From Acidobacteriaceae bacterium (GTDB taxonomy: Bacteria; Acidobacteriota; Terriglobia; Terriglobales; Acidobacteriaceae), in contig JANXPR010000473.1 in NCBI GenBank assembly GCA_025357215.1, positions 1 through 54,743 on the forward strand: a stretch of 54,743 nt of DNA. Direction: 5' to 3'. How positions within the stretch are numbered: the stretch's first letter is position 1; each line of letters begins with the position of its first letter. The position numbers and the translations under genes were made by a program. Shown in pieces: positions 43,752 through 54,286 of the stretch. Below the pieces are notes generated by a model, which saw only the letters and a list, made by a program, of their open reading frames with translations, made no database searches and was not told where the DNA came from.

Positions 43752-44729
43752 ATGAGCAAAATTGATCACAGCTTTGACAGCAGCGCCGTTCGCGACACTG
43801 GTTACGGATGGCGCGCGGTAGTCCCGGCGACTTCAGCTAATCTGGGCTGCGCGTTTGACTGCGGAGGACTCGCGCTCAAGCTGTACCTGAAAGCCCTGTT
43901 CGTCCCCGGTGAAGGCGAGCAGCTGGCTCTGGAATACAAAGGCGTGACCCCGGACCGTTTCCCCACCGACGACTCCAACCTGATCCTACATGCTTTGCGT
44001 TTTGCGGCAGCCGAACTTGACGTGCCTCCTCCCGCCGGAAAAGTCTTTGTCGAAAGTGAAATCCCTATCAGCGTTGGACTGGGCAGCAGCGCTGCCGCGG
44101 TGATCGCCGGCCTGCTTCTGGGCGCACGCTACTCCGGAAAAGACGCCCCGGCGGAAGACATACTGCGTTGGGCGGAAAAGATTGAAGGCCATATCGACAA
44201 CGCGGCAGCCGCATATCACGGCGGACTGGTGCTGGCCCTGTCCAACAACGTGGAAAAAGTGCACTCGCTGAAAACGGATTTCCCGGAGAGCATCCGCCTG
44301 GTGGTGGTAAGTCCATCAGTAACTGTGCCCACGCACGAAGCACGACAGGTGCTGCCCAAGGCTTATGAACGAGCGGACGTCCTGCACACGCTGCAACGCA
44401 CCGCGCTGTTGGCCGCAACCTGCTTCTCCGGATATTTCGATCTCTTCCCTGAACTCTTCCATGACAAATTGCACCAGCCGTACCGGCAAAAACTGGTTCC
44501 CGGTATTGAGCGCTGCCTGAAATACCGGCGTGAAGGCTTGTTGGGAGTGGCCATCAGCGGATCAGGCTCGTCAGTAATTGCGTTCGTGACGAAGCACGAC
44601 GAACAGATCGCGGAAGATTTGCAGGAACTTTTCAATCTGGAAGGCGTGCAGACGGAAGCACGATCTACTTCAGCCGACAATCACGGCGCATGGGTGACAC
44701 GCGAACCGGTGGAAGCAAACAGAACGTAA
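43752..44729 (+). CDS. thrB: Homoserine kinase
   Basis: VPATSANLGCAFDCGGLAL and GLGSSAAAVIAG (GHMP kinase motif). Start set at ATG 43752, downstream of the terminator. Confidence 0.9.
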   Translation: MSKIDHSFDSSAVRDTGYGWRAVVPATSANLGCAFDCGGLALKLYLKALFVPGEGEQLALEYKGVTPDRFPTDDSNLILHALRFAAAELDVPPPAGKVFVESEIPISVGLGSSAAAVIAGLLLGARYSGKDAPAEDILRWAEKIEGHIDNAAAAYHGGLVLALSNNVEKVHSLKTDFPESIRLVVVSPSVTVPTHEARQVLPKAYERADVLHTLQRTALLAATCFSGYFDLFPELFHDKLHQPYRQKLVPGIERCLKYRREGLLGVAISGSGSSVIAFVTKHDEQIAEDLQELFNLEGVQTEARSTSADNHGAWVTREPVEANRT

Positions 44730-44794
44730 AGCTTCGGCAGTTAGAAATTCAAGACAAGGAAGCTGAGAGTTTTTTGCAAGTCAGGGAGCATGGC

Positions 44795-46264
44795 ATGAGC
44801 AGCAGACGCTTGATCGTGATGAAATTTGGGGGCACGTCCGTGGGCAACGCGGAACGTATCCGCCAGTGTGCGCAGATTGTGAGTCAGGCGGCGCAGCAGG
44901 ACCGCATTGTGGTGGTGGTATCCGCCATGGCCGGTATCACAGATCTGATCTTCAAGACTATTGATGCCGCGCGGCAGGGCGACGCCGCTTCTACTGAGAC
45001 GAACCTGAAAAAGTTTGAGGCGCTGCACCGCGAGTTGATGGCCGAGTTGTTTGGCGCTTCCGCGCCCGCCGCTGTTGAGTTTCTGGCACAGGTAGTTGCC
45101 CAGTTACAGAAATCAAGCGGCGCGTTGCTTGCATTGCGGACGGACATCTCTGCACAGACCGCCGACTCGCTGGTCGCACTGGGTGAACGCATCACAGCTT
45201 GGGCATTAGCGAATTACCTTCAACAATCTGGCAGTCCGGCCGAATTTGTGGCCGCGGAAAAAGTAATCGCCACGGACGGCAACTTTGGCAACGCCGCTCC
45301 GGACATGGAAGGCACGCGAGCCAACTGCCAGTCCGAATTACTGCCGATCCTGGATCGCGGCGCTTCGCCCATCGTGGCAGGTTACAGCGGCGCTGCTCCT
45401 GGCGGCCAAACCACCACGCTGGGACGCGGCGGTTCAGATTATTCGGCTACGATCATCGGCGCGGCGGCCGGAGCCGACGAAGTCTGGATATGGACTGATG
45501 TTGACGGCGTCCTAACGGCCGATCCGCGCATTTGTCCGGACGCCACTACACTGCCGGAAATCACTTTTCCTGAAGCTATCGAGCTCGCGTATTACGGCGC
45601 CAAAGTTATCCATCCCAAAGCGTCTTATCCCGCGGCGGACGCCGGCTTCCCGGTGTGGATCAAGAATTCGTTTCGCCCGGAAGTCCAAGGCACCAAAATC
45701 ACCAATGACGCAACACCCTGGAATTCTCCGGTCAAGTCCGTGACGTGCGTGAAGAACGCAACGCTCATCACCATGGTCACCCGACGCGACGTGCATCCGG
45801 TAGATCTTTGGGGACGGCTGTTCCTGCGGCTTGGGCAGGAACAGGTTGAAGTACTGTTTGCCACGCAGTCTTCTCCGGAACATGCGCTTGGTCTAGTGTT
45901 GCGCAAAGAAGACAGCGCGCGAGTGCTCAAACTGATCAACACCACGTTCCGCATCGAACTGGCGCAAGGCGTGTTGTTGCCGGTGGAGGTGAACAACGAA
46001 ATTGCCGTGGTGGCCGTGCTGGGCGAATCCATGAAAGGCACCTGCGGCATTCTGGGACGCGTGTTTTCTGCCGTGGCCCGCGAAGAAGTAAGCGTGATTG
46101 CCGTGGCCCAGGGCGCCAGCGAGTTGAGCATATGCTTTGCCGTACCTGCTCCGGCAGCTTCGCAGGTGGTGCGCGCGGTGCATAATGAGTTTTGCGGCAA
46201 GGCGGATTTCTCAGTGCCGGTATGCCTGCGTCCCACGGCAGCGGCCGCTTCAGGAGCGCGATGA
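44795..46264 (+). CDS. lysC: Aspartate kinase
   Basis: LIVMKFGGTSVGNAERI, LGRGGSDYSATIIGAA, and C-terminal ACT-like repeats. SD AGGGAG precedes ATG 44795. Confidence 0.92.
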   Translation: MSSRRLIVMKFGGTSVGNAERIRQCAQIVSQAAQQDRIVVVVSAMAGITDLIFKTIDAARQGDAASTETNLKKFEALHRELMAELFGASAPAAVEFLAQVVAQLQKSSGALLALRTDISAQTADSLVALGERITAWALANYLQQSGSPAEFVAAEKVIATDGNFGNAAPDMEGTRANCQSELLPILDRGASPIVAGYSGAAPGGQTTTLGRGGSDYSATIIGAAAGADEVWIWTDVDGVLTADPRICPDATTLPEITFPEAIELAYYGAKVIHPKASYPAADAGFPVWIKNSFRPEVQGTKITNDATPWNSPVKSVTCVKNATLITMVTRRDVHPVDLWGRLFLRLGQEQVEVLFATQSSPEHALGLVLRKEDSARVLKLINTTFRIELAQGVLLPVEVNNEIAVVAVLGESMKGTCGILGRVFSAVAREEVSVIAVAQGASELSICFAVPAPAASQVVRAVHNEFCGKADFSVPVCLRPTAAAASGAR

Positions 46265-47583
46265 AAACTACGTTACCGAATCCGGCTGGGATTATTTCGT
46301 CCGCGGGAGCGCATGCACTGCGTTGCGTTCATTGCGGCGTGGTGCAGGCCACCACGGACCGAATGTTCCGCTGCCACGAATGTTCCGAACTTGTGGAAGT
46401 GATCTATCCCGAGTGGTCCGGCGCCGGACGCGAATTCGGCCTTCGCTTGAAAGAAATTTGGCGGGAACGCAAAGCTTCCACTCTTCCTGAAGATCAGAGC
46501 GGAGTTTGGCGCTTCCGTGAACTTCTTCCGCAGGTGGACGGCAAACACATCGTCACCATGTGCGAAGGAAATACGCCGTTGCTGCGGCTCACGGCCGCGG
46601 CCCGAGCGCTTGGGCTGCCTAACCTGATGGTCAAGCACCAAGGCATGAATCCAACAGGATCATTTAAAGATACAGGCATCTCCGCGGCCATCAGCGTGGC
46701 ACGCTCACAAGGCTTTTCGATTGTCTGTTGCGCTTCCACGGGAAACACGTCGGCATCTGTAGCAGCGTACGCGGCTCGCGCGGGGATCAAGAGCATCGTT
46801 CTGCTGCCCGCCGGACAAGTCACTTCCGGCAAATTGGCGCAAGCGCTGGAATATGGCGCACACGTCCTTCAACTTCACACGGATTTTGATGGCTGCCTTA
46901 CGGTGCTGCATGAAGTGGTGAACAAGTTTCCTGCTTACCTTTTGAACTCGCTCAACCCGTATCGACTGGAAGGACAAAAGACCGTTGCGTTCGAGATGAT
47001 GGAGCAACTGGACTGGCAAGCGCCGGATCACGTGATCGTCCCTGGCGGCAACTTGGCCAACAGCTCGGCGCTGGGCAAAGGATTTCTTGAGCTGCAGCAG
47101 CTTGGACTCATCCGTTCGCTGCCGAAGATTTCCATCATCCAGGCCGCGGGCGCAAATCCTCTTGTCCGCACCATGCGCGAGAACGGTGGAACGGAACTCA
47201 TCCGCGTGAACGCGGAGACGCGCGCCACGGCCATCCGCATTGGCAACCCAGCATCGTGGCGCAAAGCGGCAACGATCCTGAAGACCACCGGCGGCGCGTG
47301 CGAAGACGTAACGGAAAAAGAAATTGCGCAAGCTAAAGCTGAGTTGGGCGCGGAAGGCGTGGGATGTGAACCGGCGTCGGCGGCAACATTGGCAGGGCTG
47401 AAGAAACTCGTCCATGCAGGCTTTGTGAAGGCCGGGGAAAGCGCAGTGCTCGTACTCACCGGACACATGCTTAAGGACGTGGACTACATGCTGAGCGACC
47501 AGGTCAAGCGCGTTTACGGTCCCATGGACGCAGCTCCGGCCACGGTGATCAAGACATTGGAGACCATCTATGCGGGGAACTGA
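46261..47583 (+). CDS. thrC: Threonine synthase (with N-terminal zinc ribbon)
   Basis: CVHCG...CHEC zinc ribbon and PLP-lysine context NPTGSFKDTG. The ATGA start overlaps the lysC stop. The gene lies in the thr operon. Confidence 0.9.
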   Translation: MKTTLPNPAGIISSAGAHALRCVHCGVVQATTDRMFRCHECSELVEVIYPEWSGAGREFGLRLKEIWRERKASTLPEDQSGVWRFRELLPQVDGKHIVTMCEGNTPLLRLTAAARALGLPNLMVKHQGMNPTGSFKDTGISAAISVARSQGFSIVCCASTGNTSASVAAYAARAGIKSIVLLPAGQVTSGKLAQALEYGAHVLQLHTDFDGCLTVLHEVVNKFPAYLLNSLNPYRLEGQKTVAFEMMEQLDWQAPDHVIVPGGNLANSSALGKGFLELQQLGLIRSLPKISIIQAAGANPLVRTMRENGGTELIRVNAETRATAIRIGNPASWRKAATILKTTGGACEDVTEKEIAQAKAELGAEGVGCEPASAATLAGLKKLVHAGFVKAGESAVLVLTGHMLKDVDYMLSDQVKRVYGPMDAAPATVIKTLETIYAGN

Positions 47584-48937
47584 AATCTCAGCCGAGCCCA
47601 AAGCGGTGGCGGTCACGCCGGAGAGCGGCAAGCAGGTGCGCGTGGGCATCGTCGGCTACGGAACGGTGGGCCGCGCTACAGCGGAAATTCTTGCGGGCAA
47701 CGCCGCTGACATTCGCCGCCGCATGGACGGAGTCTCAGTGGTCGTCACGCGCATCAGCCGCAAAACGCCGCGCGGATCGGAGACCGGACCGAACGGTGTT
47801 GCGGTCGTCGCCGACTGGCGGCAAGTAGTCACGGCGGATGACGTGGACATCGTCGTCGAAGCGGTCGGCGGGACAACGACTGCGTATGAAGTTGTCCGCG
47901 CCGCGCTGGAACATGGCAAGGCCGTGGTGACCGCCAACAAAGCTCTCATCGCTAAGCATGGCGAAGAACTGTTTGCGCTGGCCCGCGAACGCAACCTGCC
48001 CATCGGCATTGAAGCCAGCGTGGCCGGCGGCGTGCCGGTGATCCGCGCAATTTCTGAAGCGCTGGCCGCGGACCGCGTTACCGCGATCTACGGCATCGTG
48101 AACGGAACGTGCAATTACATCCTGACGCAGATGGAACTGCGTGGCCTGGATTTTGCCGCGGCGCTGGAACAAGCCCAAGCCGCCGGATTTGCCGAAGCCG
48201 AAGCCAGCCTGGATATTGACGGCTGGGACTCACGCGATAAGATCGCGATCCTGGCGCGCATCGCTTTCGGGCTGAGCGTGAATCCGCAGGACATTCCTGT
48301 TTCTGGTATCCGGCAGATTTCCGCCACGGACTTGCACTATGCACACCGGATGAATTCAACCATTCGTCTGGTGGCGTCAGCTGAGTTGACGAAAGACGGA
48401 GTCCACATAGCCGTGCAGCCGTGGCTGGAGCCGCGCGATTCCATGCTGGCTAAAGTTGACGGCGCCAACAATGCAATCTTCATCGCCGGCGAGCGCGTTG
48501 GCACACAAATGCTTTATGGACGTGGCGCCGGCGGCGACGCCACCGGCACGGCTGTACTCTCAGACGTGTTGCAGATCGCGCAACAGATTGCCAAAGGGCA
48601 GTCGGCTCCCTCTGCGATTGCCGGATTCCATAACGCCAAGCCGTTGCGCTTTTCTCCGCGCCAGCAGCCGATGTGCTGGTTCCTGCGGCTCGCCGTGAAT
48701 GACGCTCCGGGAATTCTGGCGAAAACGGCGCAGGCCATTGCGGATGAGGGCATCAACATTGATTCGGTGATCCAGGAACCCAACATGCGCAAAGACCGCT
48801 TGTCGTTCGTGATCACTCTGGAACCAACGGACCAAGCCCGCGTGCTGCGCGCCGTCAAGAATATCGATGGCTTTGAATTTATGCGCGAACCTGTGCTGCT
48901 GCTGCCGATGATTTCATCGGTGGAAGAGCATGTTTAG
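47570..48937 (+). CDS. hom: Homoserine dehydrogenase
   Basis: VGIVGYGTVGRATAEIL, NGTCNYILTQM, and a C-terminal ACT domain. Confidence 0.92.
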   Translation: MRGTEISAEPKAVAVTPESGKQVRVGIVGYGTVGRATAEILAGNAADIRRRMDGVSVVVTRISRKTPRGSETGPNGVAVVADWRQVVTADDVDIVVEAVGGTTTAYEVVRAALEHGKAVVTANKALIAKHGEELFALARERNLPIGIEASVAGGVPVIRAISEALAADRVTAIYGIVNGTCNYILTQMELRGLDFAAALEQAQAAGFAEAEASLDIDGWDSRDKIAILARIAFGLSVNPQDIPVSGIRQISATDLHYAHRMNSTIRLVASAELTKDGVHIAVQPWLEPRDSMLAKVDGANNAIFIAGERVGTQMLYGRGAGGDATGTAVLSDVLQIAQQIAKGQSAPSAIAGFHNAKPLRFSPRQQPMCWFLRLAVNDAPGILAKTAQAIADEGINIDSVIQEPNMRKDRLSFVITLEPTDQARVLRAVKNIDGFEFMREPVLLLPMISSVEEHV

Positions 48938-48961
48938 CGATTGCGTCACACTTACGATCGA

Positions 48962-50635
48962 TCAGGGCAACGGTTCAGGTTCCGCCACGCCGTCAGCTCG
49001 CGGGTCTGATCCGGCAAAGTTCATTCCAGTTTTTGCGTTGTGCATCACGGCCTGTCCGCGTCCCATCAGCGAAGTGTATTCCTTGCGGACGATCAGATTG
49101 TGGCCCTTGGCGCGGAGAGCGTCGAGCACATCGGGCTTCACGCGGGACTCAATCACAATGTCACAGGTCACGGTGTTTCCGGCAACGGTGAACCGCGGCG
49201 CTTCCAAAGCTCCTTGCAGGTTCATGTTGTAGTCCACGAAGTTGGAAACAAATTGCGCATGCGCCAGAGGCTGATTGGCTCCGCCCATGATGCCAAAACC
49301 AATGCGGACGTCACCGCGCGCCATAAACGCAGGAATAATGGTATGGAAAGGACGCTTGCGCGGCTCCAGCACGTTAGGATGGTTCGCTTCCAGAGTAAAA
49401 AGAGCGCCGCGGTTTTGCAGAACAAAGCCCATGCCTTTTACCACGACTCCCGAACCGAACGCCGAATAGTTACTCTGGATCAAAGACGCGATATTGCCTT
49501 CCTTGTCTACAACCGCAAGATAGGTCGTATCACTCGTAGCAGGACTTCCCGTCCCCGGATTGCAGTTCGCCACGTCGGGACTTATCTGTGCAGCGCGTTG
49601 TGCGGCAAACTCTTTGTTCAGCAGGCCGTGCACTGGAACTTTCGCGAATCGCGGATCGGCATTGAAGCGATACAGATCGGCGTAGGCCAGCTTCATGGCT
49701 TCAATTTTCTTGTGCAGTTCAACTGTCCCCTGTGGGCCGGCGTTGTCTGGCGAAAATGTTTCCATGATGTTGAGCATCTCCAGCGCGGCCATGCCCTGGC
49801 CGTTGGGAGGAAGTTCGTAAACCGTCCAGCCACGATAGTCGGTGGAAATTGGCTCAACCCATTCGGACGAGAATTCGGCGAGGTCGTCCAGCCGCATTGT
49901 TCCACCCAAGGCGGACGAAGTATTCACGATGGCCTGGGCGATCTCGCCTTTGTAAAACACATCGCGGCCTTGCTGGGCGATTAGACGAAGCGCCTTGCCA
50001 ACGTCCGGGTTCGCAAACTTTGCGCCAATCTCAGGAGATTTGCCGCCGGGCAGAAACACGCGACGCGCTTCGTCCGTCTTCTGCATCTTGGCTTCGCCAT
50101 CTACCCAATAGTCATGGATGATTTCCGGCACTGCATAACCATGGTCGGCGTGGTAGATTGCGGCGCTGAACAAATCTTTCCATGCGAGCCGGCCAAACTT
50201 CTTGTGGGCCTGGCTCCATCCATCCACCGTTCCGGGAACGGTCACGCTATGGATGCCTTCACGCGGCATGATCTTAAAACCTTCCCGCGCGGCGTAAGCA
50301 ACGGTGAGTTTCTTCGGCGCCCACCCGCTGGCGTTCAGGCCGTAGAGCTTGCCGGCTTTGGCGTCCCAATAGATCAGGAAGAGATCGCCGCCGATGCCGT
50401 TCATCATCGGCTCGGTCACGCCCAGCGTGGCGTTCGCGGCGATGGCCGCGTCCATGGCCGATCCGCCTTTGGCCAGCACCTGCGCGCCGGCTTGCGACGC
50501 CAGATAGTGACTCGTCGCCACAATGCCGCGGTCCGTCATCACGACGGAGCGTCCGTAAGCGCGGTCCTGGCAGTAGATGTTCACAGTAGTTCCCAGAAAA
50601 CAGGCAAGCAGAAGAAGAGAGCGCAGCATCCGCAC
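48962..50635 (-). CDS. ggt: Gamma-glutamyltransferase
   Basis: Signal peptide, autoprocessing site DTTYLAVVD, and GGANQP. Confidence 0.92.
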   Translation of the reverse strand: MRMLRSLLLLACFLGTTVNIYCQDRAYGRSVVMTDRGIVATSHYLASQAGAQVLAKGGSAMDAAIAANATLGVTEPMMNGIGGDLFLIYWDAKAGKLYGLNASGWAPKKLTVAYAAREGFKIMPREGIHSVTVPGTVDGWSQAHKKFGRLAWKDLFSAAIYHADHGYAVPEIIHDYWVDGEAKMQKTDEARRVFLPGGKSPEIGAKFANPDVGKALRLIAQQGRDVFYKGEIAQAIVNTSSALGGTMRLDDLAEFSSEWVEPISTDYRGWTVYELPPNGQGMAALEMLNIMETFSPDNAGPQGTVELHKKIEAMKLAYADLYRFNADPRFAKVPVHGLLNKEFAAQRAAQISPDVANCNPGTGSPATSDTTYLAVVDKEGNIASLIQSNYSAFGSGVVVKGMGFVLQNRGALFTLEANHPNVLEPRKRPFHTIIPAFMARGDVRIGFGIMGGANQPLAHAQFVSNFVDYNMNLQGALEAPRFTVAGNTVTCDIVIESRVKPDVLDALRAKGHNLIVRKEYTSLMGRGQAVMHNAKTGMNFAGSDPRADGVAEPEPLP

Positions 50636-50714
50636 CTCAGTTCACAACCAGACTCAGTTCAAAACCAGATTCAGTTCACACCAGCAGCGCAGATTATAGT
50701 TCGCCGGACCATTG

Positions 50715-51518
50715 CTACGGATGAGATTCTTGTTTCTTCCAGTTGAACCGCCGGCCGATGATGGCTTTCACGATCAAGTGGTCGGTGGATCGCGTCACGC
50801 CCCAGCCAACGCCGAAATTGACTTCCCATTCGGGTGAAAGGTTGAGGTCAATAGACGGGAAAAACTGTTGTTGCTGGTCCGCCAGCGGATCAAAAGTGGT
50901 GGCCGGACCAACCGCTCCGTAATATTCCAGGCCGCCAGTTATTTTTTTGGAAAAATCGTAAGACACCTTGGCGTTCGGCGAAAACTCAAAGCCCTTGCTC
51001 ACGTTGCCGCCATGCAGCGACTTGTCGAATACCGGATTGAAGGCCAAGTACCAACGCCCGGCTTTCTTATCGATGATCGGACGCATCTCCCACGTCCATG
51101 TGTCTTCAGAAAACTTGCGCCGCTGATAGCCAACTTCGTTGGAGATACTCAGGCCCACCGGCCAGTGCCATTTTTCCGGTATACGAAACCGCGGCCGGAT
51201 ATGGTCGCCTACCCAATCCCATCCATCACCGGAACGGGCGCTGGTAAAAATGTAAAAGCCAGTTTCAAACCAGTCGTTGAAGCCCTGAGTGATCTCGATG
51301 GTTTCATGGATCGCATGGTTGGTGGGCGCCACACCGTTGACGGTCGTTTTGCTGCCCTGGATGGTGAAGTTGGTATGGAATTCAACCATGGTGGAGTGGG
51401 GCTCCACCGTGTCCGCGCCGTATACCTGTATTTCGTAGTTGTCCTGGGCCTGGGATGAAACGCCTGCCGCCAGCACCGCGCACACCAGCAGAGATGAACG
51501 AAACATACTGCTATTCAA
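50715..51518 (-). CDS. Putative outer-membrane beta-barrel protein
   Basis: Signal peptide SSLLVCAVLAAGVSSQAQ, alternating aromatic/hydrophilic strands, and an aromatic residue near the C-terminus. Confidence 0.55.
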   Translation of the reverse strand: MNSSMFRSSLLVCAVLAAGVSSQAQDNYEIQVYGADTVEPHSTMVEFHTNFTIQGSKTTVNGVAPTNHAIHETIEITQGFNDWFETGFYIFTSARSGDGWDWVGDHIRPRFRIPEKWHWPVGLSISNEVGYQRRKFSEDTWTWEMRPIIDKKAGRWYLAFNPVFDKSLHGGNVSKGFEFSPNAKVSYDFSKKITGGLEYYGAVGPATTFDPLADQQQQFFPSIDLNLSPEWEVNFGVGWGVTRSTDHLIVKAIIGRRFNWKKQESHP

Positions 51519-51649
51519 TCACACCGCGGGCGATTCCCAAACTTCCGGCGAAAATGAGTCAATTGGCATCCGGCGCCTGCGGCCACCAATAAAGAAGGCC
51601 GCTGTTTTCAGCGACCTTCTTTATACCTTTATTTTTGCCTTGCTTCAGC

Positions 51650-51871
51650 TTACGCTGCTTTCATGGCTCTTTTGCGTTCGGCCCAGCGCTTTTTCATCAT
51701 TTCAGAAATGCGCCTTTTTGCAGCAGCACTCAACCGGCGGCGGCCACGGCGTCCTTTTACTACAGGCCCGGCCCCGCGGCGACCACTCATGGATCCCTTC
51801 AGAGCAGAGATCGCCTGCTCCAAACGGTCCCGTTCTGCTTCCAACTCCGAAAGAATCTGTTGCGTATCCAT
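51650..51871 (-). CDS. Small basic protein (73 aa)
   Basis: Start set at MDTQQILSELEAERDRLEQAISAL..., with SD GGAAGGAG 6 nt upstream. The C-terminus is Arg/Lys-rich (RRLSAAAKRRISEMMKKRWAERKR). Confidence 0.6.
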   Translation of the reverse strand: MDTQQILSELEAERDRLEQAISALKGSMSGRRGAGPVVKGRRGRRRLSAAAKRRISEMMKKRWAERKRAMKAA

Positions 51872-52574
51872 ATAGCTCCTTCCGGGTGCAATGCTAACAG
51901 TGAAAAGTGCGCTGTGGCAAGATGAATCCAACCTCTGCGCGGATTTTTCCCTATCCAAGTCTCTTTCCGCGTTCCTGCCCATGCACGCTAGCCCAACCTA
52001 CCATCTACCTCAATGTATAGACTTGGATAGATAGTATTAAGCTGAAAGTATCGCCAGCTTATTCTGTTAACTCTAAGGGTTGTTTGAACTAAGGATGTTA
52101 TCTACAAATCAGCTTCACCTATGTTTGCGCCAGCGCGCCTACGCGCTGCACCACTGACAACCGCATAATCGAACGCTTAAGAAACGATGAGGAAATTAGA
52201 AAATTAGAAGCAACTCGCAATCAAGCCAAGCCGGCCCCCTGCGAATCCGGCAAAACTCTTGAACATGGCGCAAGCATGAAAGCAACACCCGCCGCGTTTC
52301 TTTGCTGCAAGGAGTCAGAAAAATCACCTGAGGTATCACCCTTGAGTTGTGAGGAATGTACTCTTAACCTAACTAAACCTTCTTATAAGCTTGTAAAAAC
52401 TAGCTGCAAAGAAGGACACACAACTACATCCGGTACGGAGATTGCTTGTTTCAGACTTACAGCCTATAGCAACAATTGGCTATACCTATATGTCCGCCGG
52501 CAGTTTTTCCTGGGAAGGAAAAACATCACCGACAATAACGAGGTATGATTAAGAGGCCTGCGGCGGCAGTTACT

Positions 52575-53267
52575 TTAACTTGGGAAGTGGTAGAGCACAT
52601 CGTGTTTCGAAGGGATGGGCACGCCGTTCCGGGTGGCCGGCCGGAAGTGCCAGGCGCGCACCGCGGCAATTACTGTTTCATCAATTCCGTAGCCAATTCC
52701 CTTGAGCAGCTTTTCTTCAATCACGTTGCCTTGCACGTCAATGGTGATTTCCACCACCACATCACCCACTACGCCACTGGGGACCTGGCCACGAGGAATC
52801 TTAGGATCAGGAAAAGTTTGTACCAGCGCCGGCACAACTTCGTCCCCGAAAGCTGGGCCGTCCAGCTCTGAGCCGTGCTTTGAACCGGCTTCCGCGGTCT
52901 TGGATTTGTCTTCCTTCTCCAGAAGGTTGGTGCGTTTCTGCGGAATCGATTTGATTTTCTTCTGCGTGCGCGCCGCCACCGGCAAGGTGAGCTGGGGCAT
53001 TTGCGCCTGGGAAGTCACCCGGGTATCCGCCGGCAGGTAAAGCGCCACCGCAACCGGGGTGGCGTAGCCGCCTTCTCCGTGCACCACGAAATTCGGCTTA
53101 ATAAAGAGCTCATTAAAAACGGGCAAAGTCGGCCAGCAAAGGACCAACAGCACAACAATGTGGACGACCGTTGACACTACAAAAGACAAGCTCCAGCGCT
53201 TACGCCGAGGCTGGTCCTCCGGCGCCACCGGCGTTTGATCGGTCTTCAGTTGGATGAAATTCCACAC
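52575..53267 (-). CDS. TonB-family energy transducer
   Basis: N-terminal TM helix, and a TonB C-terminal domain DVVVEITIDVQGNVIEEKLLKGIGYGIDETVIAAVRAWHFRPATRNGVPIPS. Confidence 0.85.
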   Translation of the reverse strand: MWNFIQLKTDQTPVAPEDQPRRKRWSLSFVVSTVVHIVVLLVLCWPTLPVFNELFIKPNFVVHGEGGYATPVAVALYLPADTRVTSQAQMPQLTLPVAARTQKKIKSIPQKRTNLLEKEDKSKTAEAGSKHGSELDGPAFGDEVVPALVQTFPDPKIPRGQVPSGVVGDVVVEITIDVQGNVIEEKLLKGIGYGIDETVIAAVRAWHFRPATRNGVPIPSKHDVLYHFPS

Positions 53268-53404
53268 AGCTTAAAGCCTTATCTGGTTAAGCTTCACTCT
53301 TCGACACGTTCTAGCGACTGCTTTCTGTTAGACGTGCATCCTTATATTATGGTCATCCATGTGGAATTTCAGAAGAAGAAAATGGTTTCTTTGAGTTACC
53401 TCAG

Positions 53405-54238
53405 CTACCAGCCTGTAACCAATAACTTGCGGGCCCCTCCTAAGCTACATTTCTGATACTTGCTGTAAGCACTCGCCGCGCGGCTGCGGACGGCTTCGGC
53501 ATTTTCGTGCAAAATCCAACCGTCCAGTGCGCTTTTGAGCGTATAGGCTTCTGGCGTCATCAGGCCTGTGGTCCAAACCAGGGGCGTCGCTCCGGCGCTG
53601 CGCAACGCGTCACGAAAGTATGTCTTGCTGATGCACGCCAGCACAATGGCGTCGCGATGTCCTTGACCGCTGGCCTGCGGGAGCGCCTGCAGTTGGAAAT
53701 CCATGAAACCTTCATGCCCGATGTAGGCCACCAGATTGGCGCCGCCGTGGCCGCTTAAGACAACTTCTCGCGAACCGTCCCTCGCCTTGATCTGTGCCGG
53801 ACCAGCACCAGCCGCGGCGCTCAGAAAATCGATCATTGCCTGCTTGATTTTGTCTCCTTGATACGCGTCGGCGATCATGAAGACGTTGGCGTGGCGGTGC
53901 TTGAAGATGCAACGCTCCAGAACTTCGGCTTTCGGCGTCTGCCCTTGGGAAATTAGTTCCCACTCAGCGCTACGGGCAAAATATGTCTTTATGCCATATG
54001 CCGATCCCCAATAGAGATTGTTCCTGGGGTCGGTTCCATTACCTAGCTTAGCTGCGACCGGAACGATTCCCTGGTTCTTGTTGTCAGCCAGCGCAACAAA
54101 AACATGGACCGTCCGTAGAGGTTCCTGCGCCGCGCCTTTTGACCCGCCGACCAATGAACCGGCGACCAACGCAGTACACAGGAGGACCATCAACCATACG
54201 GTGCGCGTTGTCGTCGCAAAAGTTTTCATAATAAGCAC
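53405..54238 (-). CDS. Hypothetical secreted protein
   Basis: Signal peptide VWLMVLLCTALVAGSLVGG. No recognised domain. The SGHGG / ACIS pairing is only faintly reminiscent of a His/Cys peptidase dyad. Confidence 0.55.
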   Translation of the reverse strand: MLIMKTFATTTRTVWLMVLLCTALVAGSLVGGSKGAAQEPLRTVHVFVALADNKNQGIVPVAAKLGNGTDPRNNLYWGSAYGIKTYFARSAEWELISQGQTPKAEVLERCIFKHRHANVFMIADAYQGDKIKQAMIDFLSAAAGAGPAQIKARDGSREVVLSGHGGANLVAYIGHEGFMDFQLQALPQASGQGHRDAIVLACISKTYFRDALRSAGATPLVWTTGLMTPEAYTLKSALDGWILHENAEAVRSRAASAYSKYQKCSLGGARKLLVTGW

Positions 54239-54286
54239 ACAAGCCGGCTTGATCTACTGCAGCCATTCGTCATGGCAAACGTTGCG

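Noticed and set aside
52276-52548. 90-aa ORF in the AT-rich gap.
   Set aside because: It has no SD, unusual composition and no recognisable motif. It is kept only as part of the AT-rich-gap observation.
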